From positions 160,001-224,000 of the forward strand of contig CBDCTA010000029.1 in assembly GCA_965221955.1 (NCBI GenBank): a DNA stretch of 64,000 nt, in the 5' to 3' direction. The notes beneath the pieces were generated by a model that made no database searches, had not been told where the DNA came from, and worked only from the letters and a program-made list of their open reading frames with translations. This document shows positions 40,867 to 50,564 of the stretch, piece after piece (positions within the stretch are counted from its first letter, which is position 1; the number at the start of each line of letters is the position of its first letter). A program made the translations under genes and the position numbers. The DNA comes from Gammaproteobacteria bacterium. Lineage in GTDB: Bacteria; Pseudomonadota; Gammaproteobacteria; UBA4575.

Positions 40867-41838
40867 TTAAGAAAGACGATCGTTTTGTTTCACGCGATCA
40901 AGCAATAAAAATAGCTCGCTAATGGTTTGAATGAAGTTAGCTTGAATTTCTTGCAATACATCAAAGTATGCAGCGGCACCACTCCCGGTTACCGCAATTT
41001 CAATATTATCATTCAACTCAGCACGTAGCCTACGCAACTGATTGGGCAATAAGGGATCATCAGCTGGGCGAGTAATGCCAATAGCGATGATCTGTGCATT
41101 ACTTTTTTGTTGAGTAAAGATAATTTCATCAACTGTTCCATACATGCCTAAAAATATTGCCTGCCAACCATTTGATTTGCTCGCTGCCGCAAGTCGTAAC
41201 GCAGCAATATCGCTTACTGATCCTGTAGGTGAGGCGCATATGAGTTTATATTTTGATTCAACAAAAGGTTCACTCATCACTAAGCTTGAAAGGAATCCAC
41301 GAATGGAATAAATGGCCACAGCATAATGTGCATCACGTAATGCACCACGCCGACATTCATCTTGAATATGAGAAACTAAGGGTCGTAAAAGATCTTCTAA
41401 CAAAAATATAATCCCTAATGATTTAGATGCATCACTTAATGAGTGAAAAATATCCTGGCTATTAAATCGTTGTACTGCATCTAAACAATCATCGAAGTAT
41501 TCCATGACAGAGCCAGTACTCGGGCGTTGTTCAATTTTTGCAATGGGTAAACGGGCTGCTGCAGATTCATCGGTATCTACAAGTTCGCGAAGTTTTTTAA
41601 CTGATAAATTTGCGACTTCTCCGATACGTCGTCCAGCTGAGGTTGCACGACGTAGTAGTATGAGTTTTTCTACATCGCCATCGCTGTATAAACGACGACT
41701 GTTACTAGCGCGTTGCGGGGATACGACACTATAACGACGTTCCCAAACACGAATCACATCAGCGCTAAGACCCGTTCGCCTTGCAACTACTTGGATGGGG
41801 TGTTGGTTATCCGAAACGTTTATCTGTTTGCTAGCCAC
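40867..41838 (-). CDS. MerR-family regulator with a CarH/CarA-like cobalamin-binding-fold C-terminus (ligand motifs degenerate)
   Basis: VARRTGLS.DVIRVWERRY..V.P.R....RRLYS HTH, then helical cap and Rossmann-like domain. Confidence 0.85.
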   Translation of the reverse strand: MASKQINVSDNQHPIQVVARRTGLSADVIRVWERRYSVVSPQRASNSRRLYSDGDVEKLILLRRATSAGRRIGEVANLSVKKLRELVDTDESAAARLPIAKIEQRPSTGSVMEYFDDCLDAVQRFNSQDIFHSLSDASKSLGIIFLLEDLLRPLVSHIQDECRRGALRDAHYAVAIYSIRGFLSSLVMSEPFVESKYKLICASPTGSVSDIAALRLAAASKSNGWQAIFLGMYGTVDEIIFTQQKSNAQIIAIGITRPADDPLLPNQLRRLRAELNDNIEIAVTGSGAAAYFDVLQEIQANFIQTISELFLLLDRVKQNDRLS

Positions 41839-41845
41839 GCCGGTC

Positions 41846-41900
41846 TGTCATAGTTATGTCTAAGATATTGTAGCAAATATGTCTGTTTATTGTAACAATT
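41846..41900. promoter_or_regulatory. TGT-led direct repeats at about 11-bp spacing (CarH-type operator candidate)
   Basis: TGT(C/A) at 41846, 41857, 41869, 41880 and 41891. Confidence 0.5.
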
Positions 41901-42076
41901 CTAGGGCATCGTCATAGCTTTGTATTAGACAAATTTGGGTCAGAAAGGGGTGAAGCCTTGTGTATCCAAGTAGCTAAATGTATATTTAACACATAGAAAG
42001 ATTTAGTTTGAAGGCCTTGTTCTGATGGGCCAAGTAGGTATTTAGGCATTAGCCTGACATGTAAACGGAGGCAAAC

Positions 42077-43219
42077 ATGAAGAAATTTTTAATCAACGCG
42101 CGGTACTTTTTAGCACCGTTACTTATCTTAGCGTCCTTATTTGGCGTACTTGCGGGGGGTCCCTGGGTGTGGACCGGCGTACTTCTACTGGGTGCTGGGA
42201 TCATCATCGACACCCTAACGACAGCCCAAACCCCAGGAGCTGGTTTTGACGAAAATGGCGACACCAACGGCATCGTACCCCTATTAAATGGCACCATGTA
42301 CGGCATGCTCGCCGTGTTTGCCCTGATTCAAATCGCCCTAGCTTGGCGCATCTGGCAATACGTCAATGGCGTACCCATTGGCACCACCGAAATTCTAGGC
42401 CTCACCGTCCAAGACGGCATTACCGGCACCCAACTATGGGGCGCTGTCATGTCCTCCGGCATCTTCGCCGGTATTGGCATTATTTATGGTCACGAACTGG
42501 CCCACACCAAAGGCTTCAGCTTCGTCATTGCACGCTGGATGATGGCCCTAAGTGGCAAAGCCCACTTCTGCTATGCCCACGTCTACAACCACCACCTAGA
42601 ACTCGGTCACCAAGACGACCCTGCTACCGCCCCACGTGGACGCAGCATGTACACCCACTACCCTCTTTCTGGACTGGGTCAAAGCAAATTCCTCTTCATG
42701 ATGGAAAAACAACGTCTTGAACGCCTAGGCGTACCCTTTTTATCCTGGCAAAACCGCTGGATTCGAGGCTACTTCATGGCCCTGCCTACCGTCCTACTAT
42801 TCTGGTTCGTAGGCGGCTGGCTTGGCATGCTCTGCTTGGCAGGCGTATGGCTCATCTCCAACTTCGAGCTCGAAGTCCTCAACTACCTTGAGCACTACGG
42901 CCTCATTCGAGAAAAAGGTCAGCCGATAGACTACCGACATAGCTGGGACAACAGCACCGCATTTACCAGCTGGTTCTTTATTGAAATTGGTCGCCAAGCC
43001 GACCACCACGACCGAGGTGAGACCCACTTCTGGGAACTCGACGAAGTCGGCGCCCCCAACTGCGGACGCGGGTACTTCACCCTGTTTGCACTGGGCCTAC
43101 TGCCTCCGGTATTCCATGCCTACATGAAGGAACAATTGGCGAAATGGGATGACGAGATGGCCTCTGAGGGCGAATTAAAGATCGCCAATCAGATGAATAA
43201 ACAAGCTGGATACGTGTAA
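42077..43219 (+). CDS. Membrane di-iron monooxygenase, AlkB/XylM family
   Basis: HELAH, HVYNHH, NYLEHYG, QADHH; XylM-like termini; RBS ggagg. Confidence 0.9.
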   Translation: MKKFLINARYFLAPLLILASLFGVLAGGPWVWTGVLLLGAGIIIDTLTTAQTPGAGFDENGDTNGIVPLLNGTMYGMLAVFALIQIALAWRIWQYVNGVPIGTTEILGLTVQDGITGTQLWGAVMSSGIFAGIGIIYGHELAHTKGFSFVIARWMMALSGKAHFCYAHVYNHHLELGHQDDPATAPRGRSMYTHYPLSGLGQSKFLFMMEKQRLERLGVPFLSWQNRWIRGYFMALPTVLLFWFVGGWLGMLCLAGVWLISNFELEVLNYLEHYGLIREKGQPIDYRHSWDNSTAFTSWFFIEIGRQADHHDRGETHFWELDEVGAPNCGRGYFTLFALGLLPPVFHAYMKEQLAKWDDEMASEGELKIANQMNKQAGYV

Positions 43220-43252
43220 ACGAAAAGCTAGTTTATTAAACTACGTTTAAGC

Positions 43253-43290
43253 GCCCCGGTTCTATTTCTAGAACCGGGGCTTTTTTATTT
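43253..43290 (+). terminator. Strong intrinsic terminator after the monooxygenase
   Basis: gccccggttcta-tttc-tagaaccggggc-tttttt. Confidence 0.92.
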
Positions 43291-43472
43291 ACATAGATGT
43301 TATGTATGCCGGCAACGCAGGATGCAGTTGTCGGTATTATTTACGATTACTTTAAAGGCAGAAGTGCAGAAAATGCAGGAGCAATTGCTGAGGACATCTG
43401 AGTCGAGAACGCAGTTTCTAGTATTGCATGTAATATTTTCTTTAAATTAAAAACAAGAATAGAAGTAACTAA

Positions 43473-44192
43473 ATGGTCGAAAAATTTAATCCACAACAAG
43501 CGAATAAGAGTTCCCTATCAGATTCAGTAAGTTCATTACAATCTGGAGATGAACGTGCATGGTTTGAAAATGAGTTAATTAAATTTCGACTACAACTTAA
43601 AGAATTACCACCACAAGCCAGTAACCTAGAACGCGCTAAGTTAGAGTTAGAAATCTCAGAAGTATTTATCGGCTTGAATCGTTTAGATGAAGCTTGGGAA
43701 AGTGCGCGACCTCTAGTGGAATTATTTATTGTTGAGAATGAATTTGAATTCGCAGTGCGTGCGTACCGTGTTTTGTATCAAGCAGATCATGAATTATCCA
43801 TTGCAGCGCTAGGGCAAGGATGTTGGTTAGCCGTGACCTATCCAATCAACCCAACATTAAGCGTTGAAATGCTGCATAACATTATTGACGAAACTCCAGA
43901 CAATTCTGATGGTGCTGCTGTAGCTGCGATGGCTGCACAATATATTGCAGATATGCGTGGTGAGGAACATCGTGAAAACTTAATGTTCTTAACCACACAA
44001 ATTGTGGCAAAAGTCGCAAAACGTCATCGTAATATCGAAGGCGAAGAAATGATAAAAACTTGGATTGAGATCTTAGAACTCAACGACACCGATCAATTAT
44101 TTATACGATTAGCCCAGATAATCGATACCATTACGGCCGATAACTGGTGGTTTGATCGGGATGAACTTCGCGCGCAATTACCTGTAAATTAA
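43473..44192 (+). CDS. Hypothetical helical protein
   Basis: 239-aa ORF; no family recognised. Confidence 0.8.
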   Translation: MVEKFNPQQANKSSLSDSVSSLQSGDERAWFENELIKFRLQLKELPPQASNLERAKLELEISEVFIGLNRLDEAWESARPLVELFIVENEFEFAVRAYRVLYQADHELSIAALGQGCWLAVTYPINPTLSVEMLHNIIDETPDNSDGAAVAAMAAQYIADMRGEEHRENLMFLTTQIVAKVAKRHRNIEGEEMIKTWIEILELNDTDQLFIRLAQIIDTITADNWWFDRDELRAQLPVN

Positions 44193-44358
44193 GGAAAAAT
44201 TACCAACTTGAGACCTTGTTCACAAAGATCTCTTCCGCTAGTCAATTAATCCCCTCCACTTACACAAATTCGGCGGTTTTTACTCTGATTTTGTAGCTAT
44301 ATCTCATTACTGAGAGCGCGATTTCTGTACATTAATCGCACTGAGAGTTGGACTTTTT

Positions 44359-44910
44359 ATGGAGAGCGTGGTGACTGTTTCAGCACAACAAGCTGGCTTC
44401 ACCCTAATTGAGTTAATGATTGTCATCATATTAGTGGCGATTTTTATAACTGTGGGTGTGCCTAGTTTTCAAAATTTAGTCAGCGATAATCGCTTAGTGA
44501 CACAAGCGAATCGACTTGTGTCGTCTTTACAGTTTGCACGTTCTGAAGCTCTAAAGTTACGAACTCCTGTTTCTGTATGTCGAACCACTAATGGAACAGC
44601 TTGTGCGGGCGCTGGGAATTGGGAATCAGGTTGGTTGATTTTTGTGGACGCTGCAAATTTTGGAACAGTAGATGCTGGTGAAACGGTCCTACAGGTAAGC
44701 AGTGGGCTTAGTGCAGGAAATACACTACGTGGTTCTGCTGCACCTTTTAATAATTTAGTGACTTACCAGCCTTCTGGATTACAAAATGCAGGTGCAGGGA
44801 GTTTTAGTTTATGTGATGGTCATAACCCCGACATAAATAAAGCAAGACAGATTTCAATTTCTCCAACAGGCCGTGTGCAAACTACAACAGGTGTAGCAGC
44901 TTGTCCTTAA
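44359..44910 (+). CDS. fimT: Type IV minor pilin FimT/FimU
   Basis: GFTLIELMI, ARSEA, W..GW, I.ISPTGR. Confidence 0.9.
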   Translation: MESVVTVSAQQAGFTLIELMIVIILVAIFITVGVPSFQNLVSDNRLVTQANRLVSSLQFARSEALKLRTPVSVCRTTNGTACAGAGNWESGWLIFVDAANFGTVDAGETVLQVSSGLSAGNTLRGSAAPFNNLVTYQPSGLQNAGAGSFSLCDGHNPDINKARQISISPTGRVQTTTGVAACP

Positions 44911-44925
44911 GTTTGAAGTACTAAT

Positions 44926-45549
44926 ATGAAAATAGTTTTTACACAACACAAATATCAACACATGACCTTATGCAAAAGATCTATGTCAGGTTTATCGTTG
45001 ATTGAAATCTTAATCACAGTTGTAGTGTTATCTATTGGATTGTTGGGAATCGCAGGTATGCAAGCATTTGGAATGCGTTATAGCCATGATTCTTACGCGC
45101 GTAGTCAAGCGACTATGTTGGCAAATGAGCTCATTGAGCGTATGCATGCAAATCCAGATGCAGTGAGTAATGGTGATTATAAAGCAGCTGTTGATGCGCT
45201 AGATTGTACAAGCGTGAATAATGACCCTGCCCACCCAATGAATGCTGCGCCTTCATGTACAGGTTCTACTACAAGTGAGCTTTGCACTGTTTCTCAGCTT
45301 GCAGTACTCGATTCCTTTCGAATTGGTTGTGGACAATTTCTTGCGGTTCCAAACGCGCTAGTAGGTGGGGCTAATAATTTATTGTCCAATGGACAAGTTG
45401 CAATAACTTGTACTGATTCAAGCCCTGGTGTTGCACCTGAATGTGAAGGCGATAATAACCGAACGGTAACTATTACTTGGCAAGATCCAGATGATAAAGG
45501 TAACGCATTGTCAACGTTGCAAGTTGAAGTAAATGCAAGATTCTTATGA
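44926..45549 (+). CDS. pilV: Type IV minor pilin PilV
   Basis: GLSLIEIL...LSIGLLGIAGMQ...RSQA..LA....ERM.AN. Confidence 0.92.
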   Translation: MKIVFTQHKYQHMTLCKRSMSGLSLIEILITVVVLSIGLLGIAGMQAFGMRYSHDSYARSQATMLANELIERMHANPDAVSNGDYKAAVDALDCTSVNNDPAHPMNAAPSCTGSTTSELCTVSQLAVLDSFRIGCGQFLAVPNALVGGANNLLSNGQVAITCTDSSPGVAPECEGDNNRTVTITWQDPDDKGNALSTLQVEVNARFL

Positions 45550-46307
45550 ACAATTTAAAATTCAATATACATAAGCAAAATGGGCTTTCAATTGTTGAAC
45601 TCATGATCGCATTAGTCCTTTCGCTTGTTGTGATGCTTGTTACAACGAGTATTTATGTGAGCAATAAACAAACTTACCGTTTTTTAGATCAATATAGTTT
45701 ATTACAGGAAAATGGGCGATTCGCCATTTTCTTTTTGCGAGAGCATTTGCTTCAAGCGGGATTCCCTCGTCAGTCGAATGTTAATCCTTTTCCAGTTGTC
45801 CCAGGAAATAACACAGGTACAAATGGAAGTGATACGTTAACCGTGCAATTTAGATCTGCTGTGGATTGTTTGAATGATGTTCCGGCAGGTGCATTGCCAT
45901 TAAAGCTTACACAAAACACATTTCAATTAAGTGCAAATAATGAATTGACGTGCAATGGTAATGGTCTTGTAGGTGGTGTTGATCAGCCCGCACAGCCATT
46001 GGTGGATGGAATTGTAAATATACAAGCAGAGTATGGAGTCGACACGGATGCAGATGGTATTGCAAATACCTATGCAAATTCAGCAGTTGTGAATGGCGGT
46101 GTAATTAGTGCAGGAACACCCGATTGGGATAATGTTGTTTCAGTTCGCATCGCAGTATTAGTTGAAGGTGAAGCTAATACTTTAGATCAAGCGCAAGCCA
46201 TTACCTATAACTTATTAGGCGTTCCAGACTCCTATAACGATCGGACTCCAAGACGTGTTTTCACTACAACTATTCCTTTGCGTAATCGCAACAAAACAAT
46301 TATTTAG
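45546..46307 (+). CDS. pilW: Type IV minor pilin PilW
   Basis: GLSIVELMIAL, LQENGRFA, YGVD, V.SVRI..L, F.TTI.LRN. Confidence 0.92.
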   Translation: MNNLKFNIHKQNGLSIVELMIALVLSLVVMLVTTSIYVSNKQTYRFLDQYSLLQENGRFAIFFLREHLLQAGFPRQSNVNPFPVVPGNNTGTNGSDTLTVQFRSAVDCLNDVPAGALPLKLTQNTFQLSANNELTCNGNGLVGGVDQPAQPLVDGIVNIQAEYGVDTDADGIANTYANSAVVNGGVISAGTPDWDNVVSVRIAVLVEGEANTLDQAQAITYNLLGVPDSYNDRTPRRVFTTTIPLRNRNKTII

Positions 46308-46832
46308 GTGGCAGCCATGAAGATATCAATTCGAAAACAACAAGGTGTTGTATTAGTTGTTGGATTATTAATGCTACTTATTATCACCATTGTTGGTGTT
46401 ACAGCAATGAGTGATACCACTATGAATGAAAGAATGACAGCAAATCATCAATTTCAAACATTAAGTTTTCAAGCCGCCGAGTCTGCTATTCACGATAACT
46501 TTAATGTGCCATCTGTTGTACCTTCAGTAATGGCGGTAAATTGGTTTGTTGACCCTGCTCCAACAAATTATAACGTTGATATTAAAAGTGGTTCACCTAT
46601 TGCAGTTCAAGCAGACGCAAGTATTCAGTTCTGTGGTGAAGAGTTGCCTATGGGTTCAGGGTTTTGCAATGGTTTAGCTGGGGGCTGCGATATCGATCAG
46701 GTGTTCGATGTACGAGGGGAAGGGCAAGTAAGTGCTTTAGGTACTCAAGAACAGCACTTACGCAGAGGTTCGCGCGCAATGATGAGTGCGGGATTAGCAT
46801 TTGATACAACAAAATGTGACCAAGTGCCATAA
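46308..46832 (+). CDS. pilX: Type IV minor pilin PilX
   Basis: QQGVVLVVGL (no Glu5), ERM..N, FQAAESA. Confidence 0.88.
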   Translation: MAAMKISIRKQQGVVLVVGLLMLLIITIVGVTAMSDTTMNERMTANHQFQTLSFQAAESAIHDNFNVPSVVPSVMAVNWFVDPAPTNYNVDIKSGSPIAVQADASIQFCGEELPMGSGFCNGLAGGCDIDQVFDVRGEGQVSALGTQEQHLRRGSRAMMSAGLAFDTTKCDQVP

Positions 46833-46870
46833 AACTTAAAAAGGATTTTTAGGTTATTTTTAAAAGAGAG

Positions 46871-49828
46871 TTGGATATTATGAAAACGTTAACGCGTAAG
46901 TTTAGTTTAAGCACATTAAGTTGTGTGATTGTATTTATAAGTAATATATCTTTTGTATATGCAGATGATATAGAGATTTATAACCGTACAACAAATATTC
47001 CTAATTTATTATTTATTATTGATACATCAGGCAGTATGGGTGATCCTGTAGATTCTTCTAATTCAAGTAGCCCGTCTCGATTAAGTGCCGTCCAAACGGC
47101 ATTTCAAAATATTTTAAGTCAACCTTATTCGTTGCTGAATGTTGGGGTTATGAATTTTAGTGGTGATACAGGCAGTGGTGTAGATTTACCAGTAGCTGAT
47201 GTAAATCAGTTAGCAAATAATGTTGAGTCAGGAGTGGTCAGCACAACAGAAACATACGCACAACTCTTAACCCGAAATGTAAATGCACTTTCAGATGGTG
47301 GTAATACTCCAACTGTACAAGCATTATATGAAGCAGCGCTATATTTTCGTGGAGATGATGTTCACAGCGGAGCAACAGGGACACTTCATACGGGGTGGGA
47401 TGACAACGTTAGTGTATCAATGTATACGGGAGGTGATTCCACATCTGCAGGTTTACGAACGTACATAACTGGAACGAGTGGACCTGAATATATTTCTCCT
47501 ATTCAGACCGCATGTACTGAAAACTTCATAGTATTACTTTCTGATGGAAAGCCCACGAGAGAAGATTCAACGATTCAAGCAAATATAAGAACACTTACTG
47601 GTAAAACTAGCTGCGACGATTTGGGGTCATTGGGTATTGCTGACACTGAAATAATAGACAAAGGTGAATGCGGTATAGATTTGCTTAGTTATTTGAACAC
47701 TGTAGATCAAAGCTCAAGTTCAGTTGGGACTAATCAACCTGGAGATCAATTTATTACTACTCATACTATTGGTTTCCAAATAGATGGTGACGGCAAAAAA
47801 TACTTGGAAGAGTTAGCCAATGCAGGGGGTGGAATTTTTTACGATGCAAGTGATCCTTCTTCATTGGTAACCACATTACAAAATATTGTTACTGCAATAA
47901 CGCAAAAATCGAGAACAATTACAGCCATAGGCAATACGTTAGACTTAAGCACATTGGGTTCAAGTCGTGATGAAATTTATGTACCTATGTTTGTTGCTAA
48001 TCCTAATAGACCTCGTTGGCAAGGTAACTTTAAGGGTTATTTATTGGATCCAGGTGGTTTTCTTACAGGTTTAGATGGAAATCCTGTATTTACATCAACA
48101 GGTGATTTTGAACCATCCGCAAGAAGTTTTTGGACATCGACTGCTGATGGTGGAGATATTAATGAAGGTGGGGTCGCGGCATTATTAAATCCAAGCACAC
48201 GTAATGTTATGACAGATGATGGGGCTGGAAACTTAATTAGTTTTGATGCTGCAAATTCTAGTTTGACGGGTAATCCATCTTTGTTTGGTTTGCCTGGGAC
48301 TACAACAACTTCCGAGCTACAGGATTTAATTAATTGGGCAAGAGGCGTTGATATAAATGATGAAGATTTAGATGGAAGCACATCTGATGCGAGAAATTTT
48401 GTAGGTGACCCACTACACACTAATCCAGTTGTTGCAAACTACACGGGTGGATCTATTGAACGAGTTGCTTTCTTTATGACTAATGAAGGTTATCTTCACG
48501 CAATTGATGTAACCGGCAATACATCCACTACAGGTGGAAATGAGTTGTTTTCATTTATGCCACGTGAATTGTTAGATAATTTAGACCCATTACGAAAAAA
48601 TGTTGGTGGAACAGCTAAAATTTATGGTTTGGATGGGCCGTTAGTACTTTTCCAAGTTGGGGGAGCCGCAAATGCAGCTGGCAATAAATATCTTTACTTC
48701 GGAATGCGTCGTGGAGGTCTAAATTACTACGCAGTTGACGTTACGAACCCTAGTTCTCCATCCTTGATGTGGAAAATCGAAGGTGGAATAGGAGATTTCC
48801 AAGAGATGGGACAATCGTGGTCTGAACCTATTGTTACAAACGTAACGCATGGTGGTTCAACCAAATTGGCTTTAGTGTTTGGTGGTGGCTATGACACTAC
48901 TCAAGATTCTGCGGTTACACATACTGTTGATAGTCGCGGTCGAGCGATCTATGTTGTTGATGCGGTTACCGGTACAAAGCTTTGGTCTGCAGGTCCAAGT
49001 GGAAGCCCAGATACGCATGATCTTACTCTTGGTTTAACTAACGGAATTGCTGGGGATGTATCTGTAATCGATCTTAATAGCGATACCATTGCAGATCGAC
49101 TTTATTTTGGTACTACAGGTGGTTCAATTTGGCGAGTTGATTTCCAGGGTGATTTGAATGGCAGTGCGGGTTTTAGCAATGATTTTTCAGGATATGAATT
49201 AGCACGATTCCATGGAAGCGCAATAAATGATAATCGTAGATTTTTTGCAAGACCAGTGGCTGCATTGACCTCCAATGGAAAACTTGCGGTCACAGTTGGT
49301 TCTGGTCATCGGTCTCACCCGCTTGATACTGCAGTACAAGATCGCCTTTATACGATTTATGATCCTAATATAAATAGCGTGCCGACTTCTGCACCTGTAG
49401 TAATTACTGATAGTGATCTTCAAGATTTAACAGGCTTTACTAGTGGTTTTGATTCTTCCGGTTCATTAGTATCAGGTTGGCGGGTTGATCTCGATATTGC
49501 AGGTGAAAAAGTTTTCAATGCTGCAAGTGTACTGCGTGGAGAAGTATTTATCAGCACATACTATCCTCCAACTACTATGTGTTCTAATGATCCAGATGGT
49601 TCGCGATTATTTGTGGTGGACCTTGAAGGCAATCCAACCCGAAATTTAGATGGTGATATAAATGGAATTAAAGATCCATACGTTACAATTTTGAACTTCG
49701 GTATTGTTCCAGAGCTTACTTTACACTACGGATCAACTGGTATGGTGCGAGGTGTGTTTTTACCAAACATTGGTGATATATATACATCCGGAACACTTGA
49801 AGACCGATTTTGGACAAATAATCCTTAA
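46871..49828 (+). CDS. pilY1: PilY1/PilC adhesin with vWA domain
   Basis: DDIEIY, DTSGSM MIDAS, GD..H..P, GMRRGG, GQSWS.P, Ca-loop DLNSDTIAD. Confidence 0.92.
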   Translation: MDIMKTLTRKFSLSTLSCVIVFISNISFVYADDIEIYNRTTNIPNLLFIIDTSGSMGDPVDSSNSSSPSRLSAVQTAFQNILSQPYSLLNVGVMNFSGDTGSGVDLPVADVNQLANNVESGVVSTTETYAQLLTRNVNALSDGGNTPTVQALYEAALYFRGDDVHSGATGTLHTGWDDNVSVSMYTGGDSTSAGLRTYITGTSGPEYISPIQTACTENFIVLLSDGKPTREDSTIQANIRTLTGKTSCDDLGSLGIADTEIIDKGECGIDLLSYLNTVDQSSSSVGTNQPGDQFITTHTIGFQIDGDGKKYLEELANAGGGIFYDASDPSSLVTTLQNIVTAITQKSRTITAIGNTLDLSTLGSSRDEIYVPMFVANPNRPRWQGNFKGYLLDPGGFLTGLDGNPVFTSTGDFEPSARSFWTSTADGGDINEGGVAALLNPSTRNVMTDDGAGNLISFDAANSSLTGNPSLFGLPGTTTTSELQDLINWARGVDINDEDLDGSTSDARNFVGDPLHTNPVVANYTGGSIERVAFFMTNEGYLHAIDVTGNTSTTGGNELFSFMPRELLDNLDPLRKNVGGTAKIYGLDGPLVLFQVGGAANAAGNKYLYFGMRRGGLNYYAVDVTNPSSPSLMWKIEGGIGDFQEMGQSWSEPIVTNVTHGGSTKLALVFGGGYDTTQDSAVTHTVDSRGRAIYVVDAVTGTKLWSAGPSGSPDTHDLTLGLTNGIAGDVSVIDLNSDTIADRLYFGTTGGSIWRVDFQGDLNGSAGFSNDFSGYELARFHGSAINDNRRFFARPVAALTSNGKLAVTVGSGHRSHPLDTAVQDRLYTIYDPNINSVPTSAPVVITDSDLQDLTGFTSGFDSSGSLVSGWRVDLDIAGEKVFNAASVLRGEVFISTYYPPTTMCSNDPDGSRLFVVDLEGNPTRNLDGDINGIKDPYVTILNFGIVPELTLHYGSTGMVRGVFLPNIGDIYTSGTLEDRFWTNNP

Positions 49829-49845
49829 ATAAAAGTTTGAAATAT

Positions 49846-49875
49846 AAAAAAACGCCGCAACTGCGGCGTTTTTTT
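49846..49875. terminator. Bidirectional terminator between pilY1 and the convergent gene
   Basis: aaaaaaacgccgca-ac-tgcggcgttttttt. Confidence 0.9.
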
Positions 49876-49898
49876 ATTTTAGTTTTAATTAAAGAAAA

Positions 49899-50564
49899 CT
49901 AATTATATTTTTTTTCATACTCTTCATAAGAACCATGAAACCCAACGTGTTCTTTTTTATTAAACGGATCTGAGCTTTCTTTTTTCATAGGAGTTTGTGC
50001 ACCATTACTATACTTCGCTAAGTATTCGTCGATACCACCATGGTAAGCACTATTTTGTTCAGATGATTGGGTTTGAGTTTTTGCATGGTATTCATCCATA
50101 CTCATAGAAGTAGCTCCCGCAGTGTTAGTCGATGTGTTACTAGATGCTGCGTGCATTTTTTTAGTTGATTTACCGTGAAGATATTCGTCTATGCTGCCGG
50201 AAAAGCCTTGGTGTTGTGCTACATTGGCTTCTAGTTGTTGACTGCGCTCATTTGTAGATTGTGCAAGGTACTCATCTATACTCATTGAAGTTGCACCATG
50301 ACTACTCTTTTGAGTTGTTGAAGTTTTAGTGGGAGATTGATGTGCCACTTTGCCAGCGTGTTCGCTACTGGCTTGTTTAGATTCTGCAGTTTTCCCTGCA
50401 TGTTCGTTGTTTGATGAGGGCTTGCTCGCCTGTTGATTGCTAGCTGTTTCAGAAGAATTTTCTTGCTGCATTCTTCTGCGATCATCAATATAAAAACCAG
50501 CTAAAACGCCAAAGATAAAAATGCCAACAATAGGCCAGATAATTTTTTCAGATAATGCAGGCAT
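49899..50564 (-). CDS. Membrane-anchored low-complexity protein with IDEYL-type repeats
   Basis: One N-terminal TM, then S/T/Q-rich linkers separating five (S/G)(I/M/Y)(D/E)EY motifs. Confidence 0.8.
   Translation of the reverse strand: MPALSEKIIWPIVGIFIFGVLAGFYIDDRRRMQQENSSETASNQQASKPSSNNEHAGKTAESKQASSEHAGKVAHQSPTKTSTTQKSSHGATSMSIDEYLAQSTNERSQQLEANVAQHQGFSGSIDEYLHGKSTKKMHAASSNTSTNTAGATSMSMDEYHAKTQTQSSEQNSAYHGGIDEYLAKYSNGAQTPMKKESSDPFNKKEHVGFHGSYEEYEKKYN

Noticed and set aside
42049-43027. Overlapping alternative ORFs within the monooxygenase gene
   Set aside because: Expected by-product of the local high GC and low stop-codon frequency
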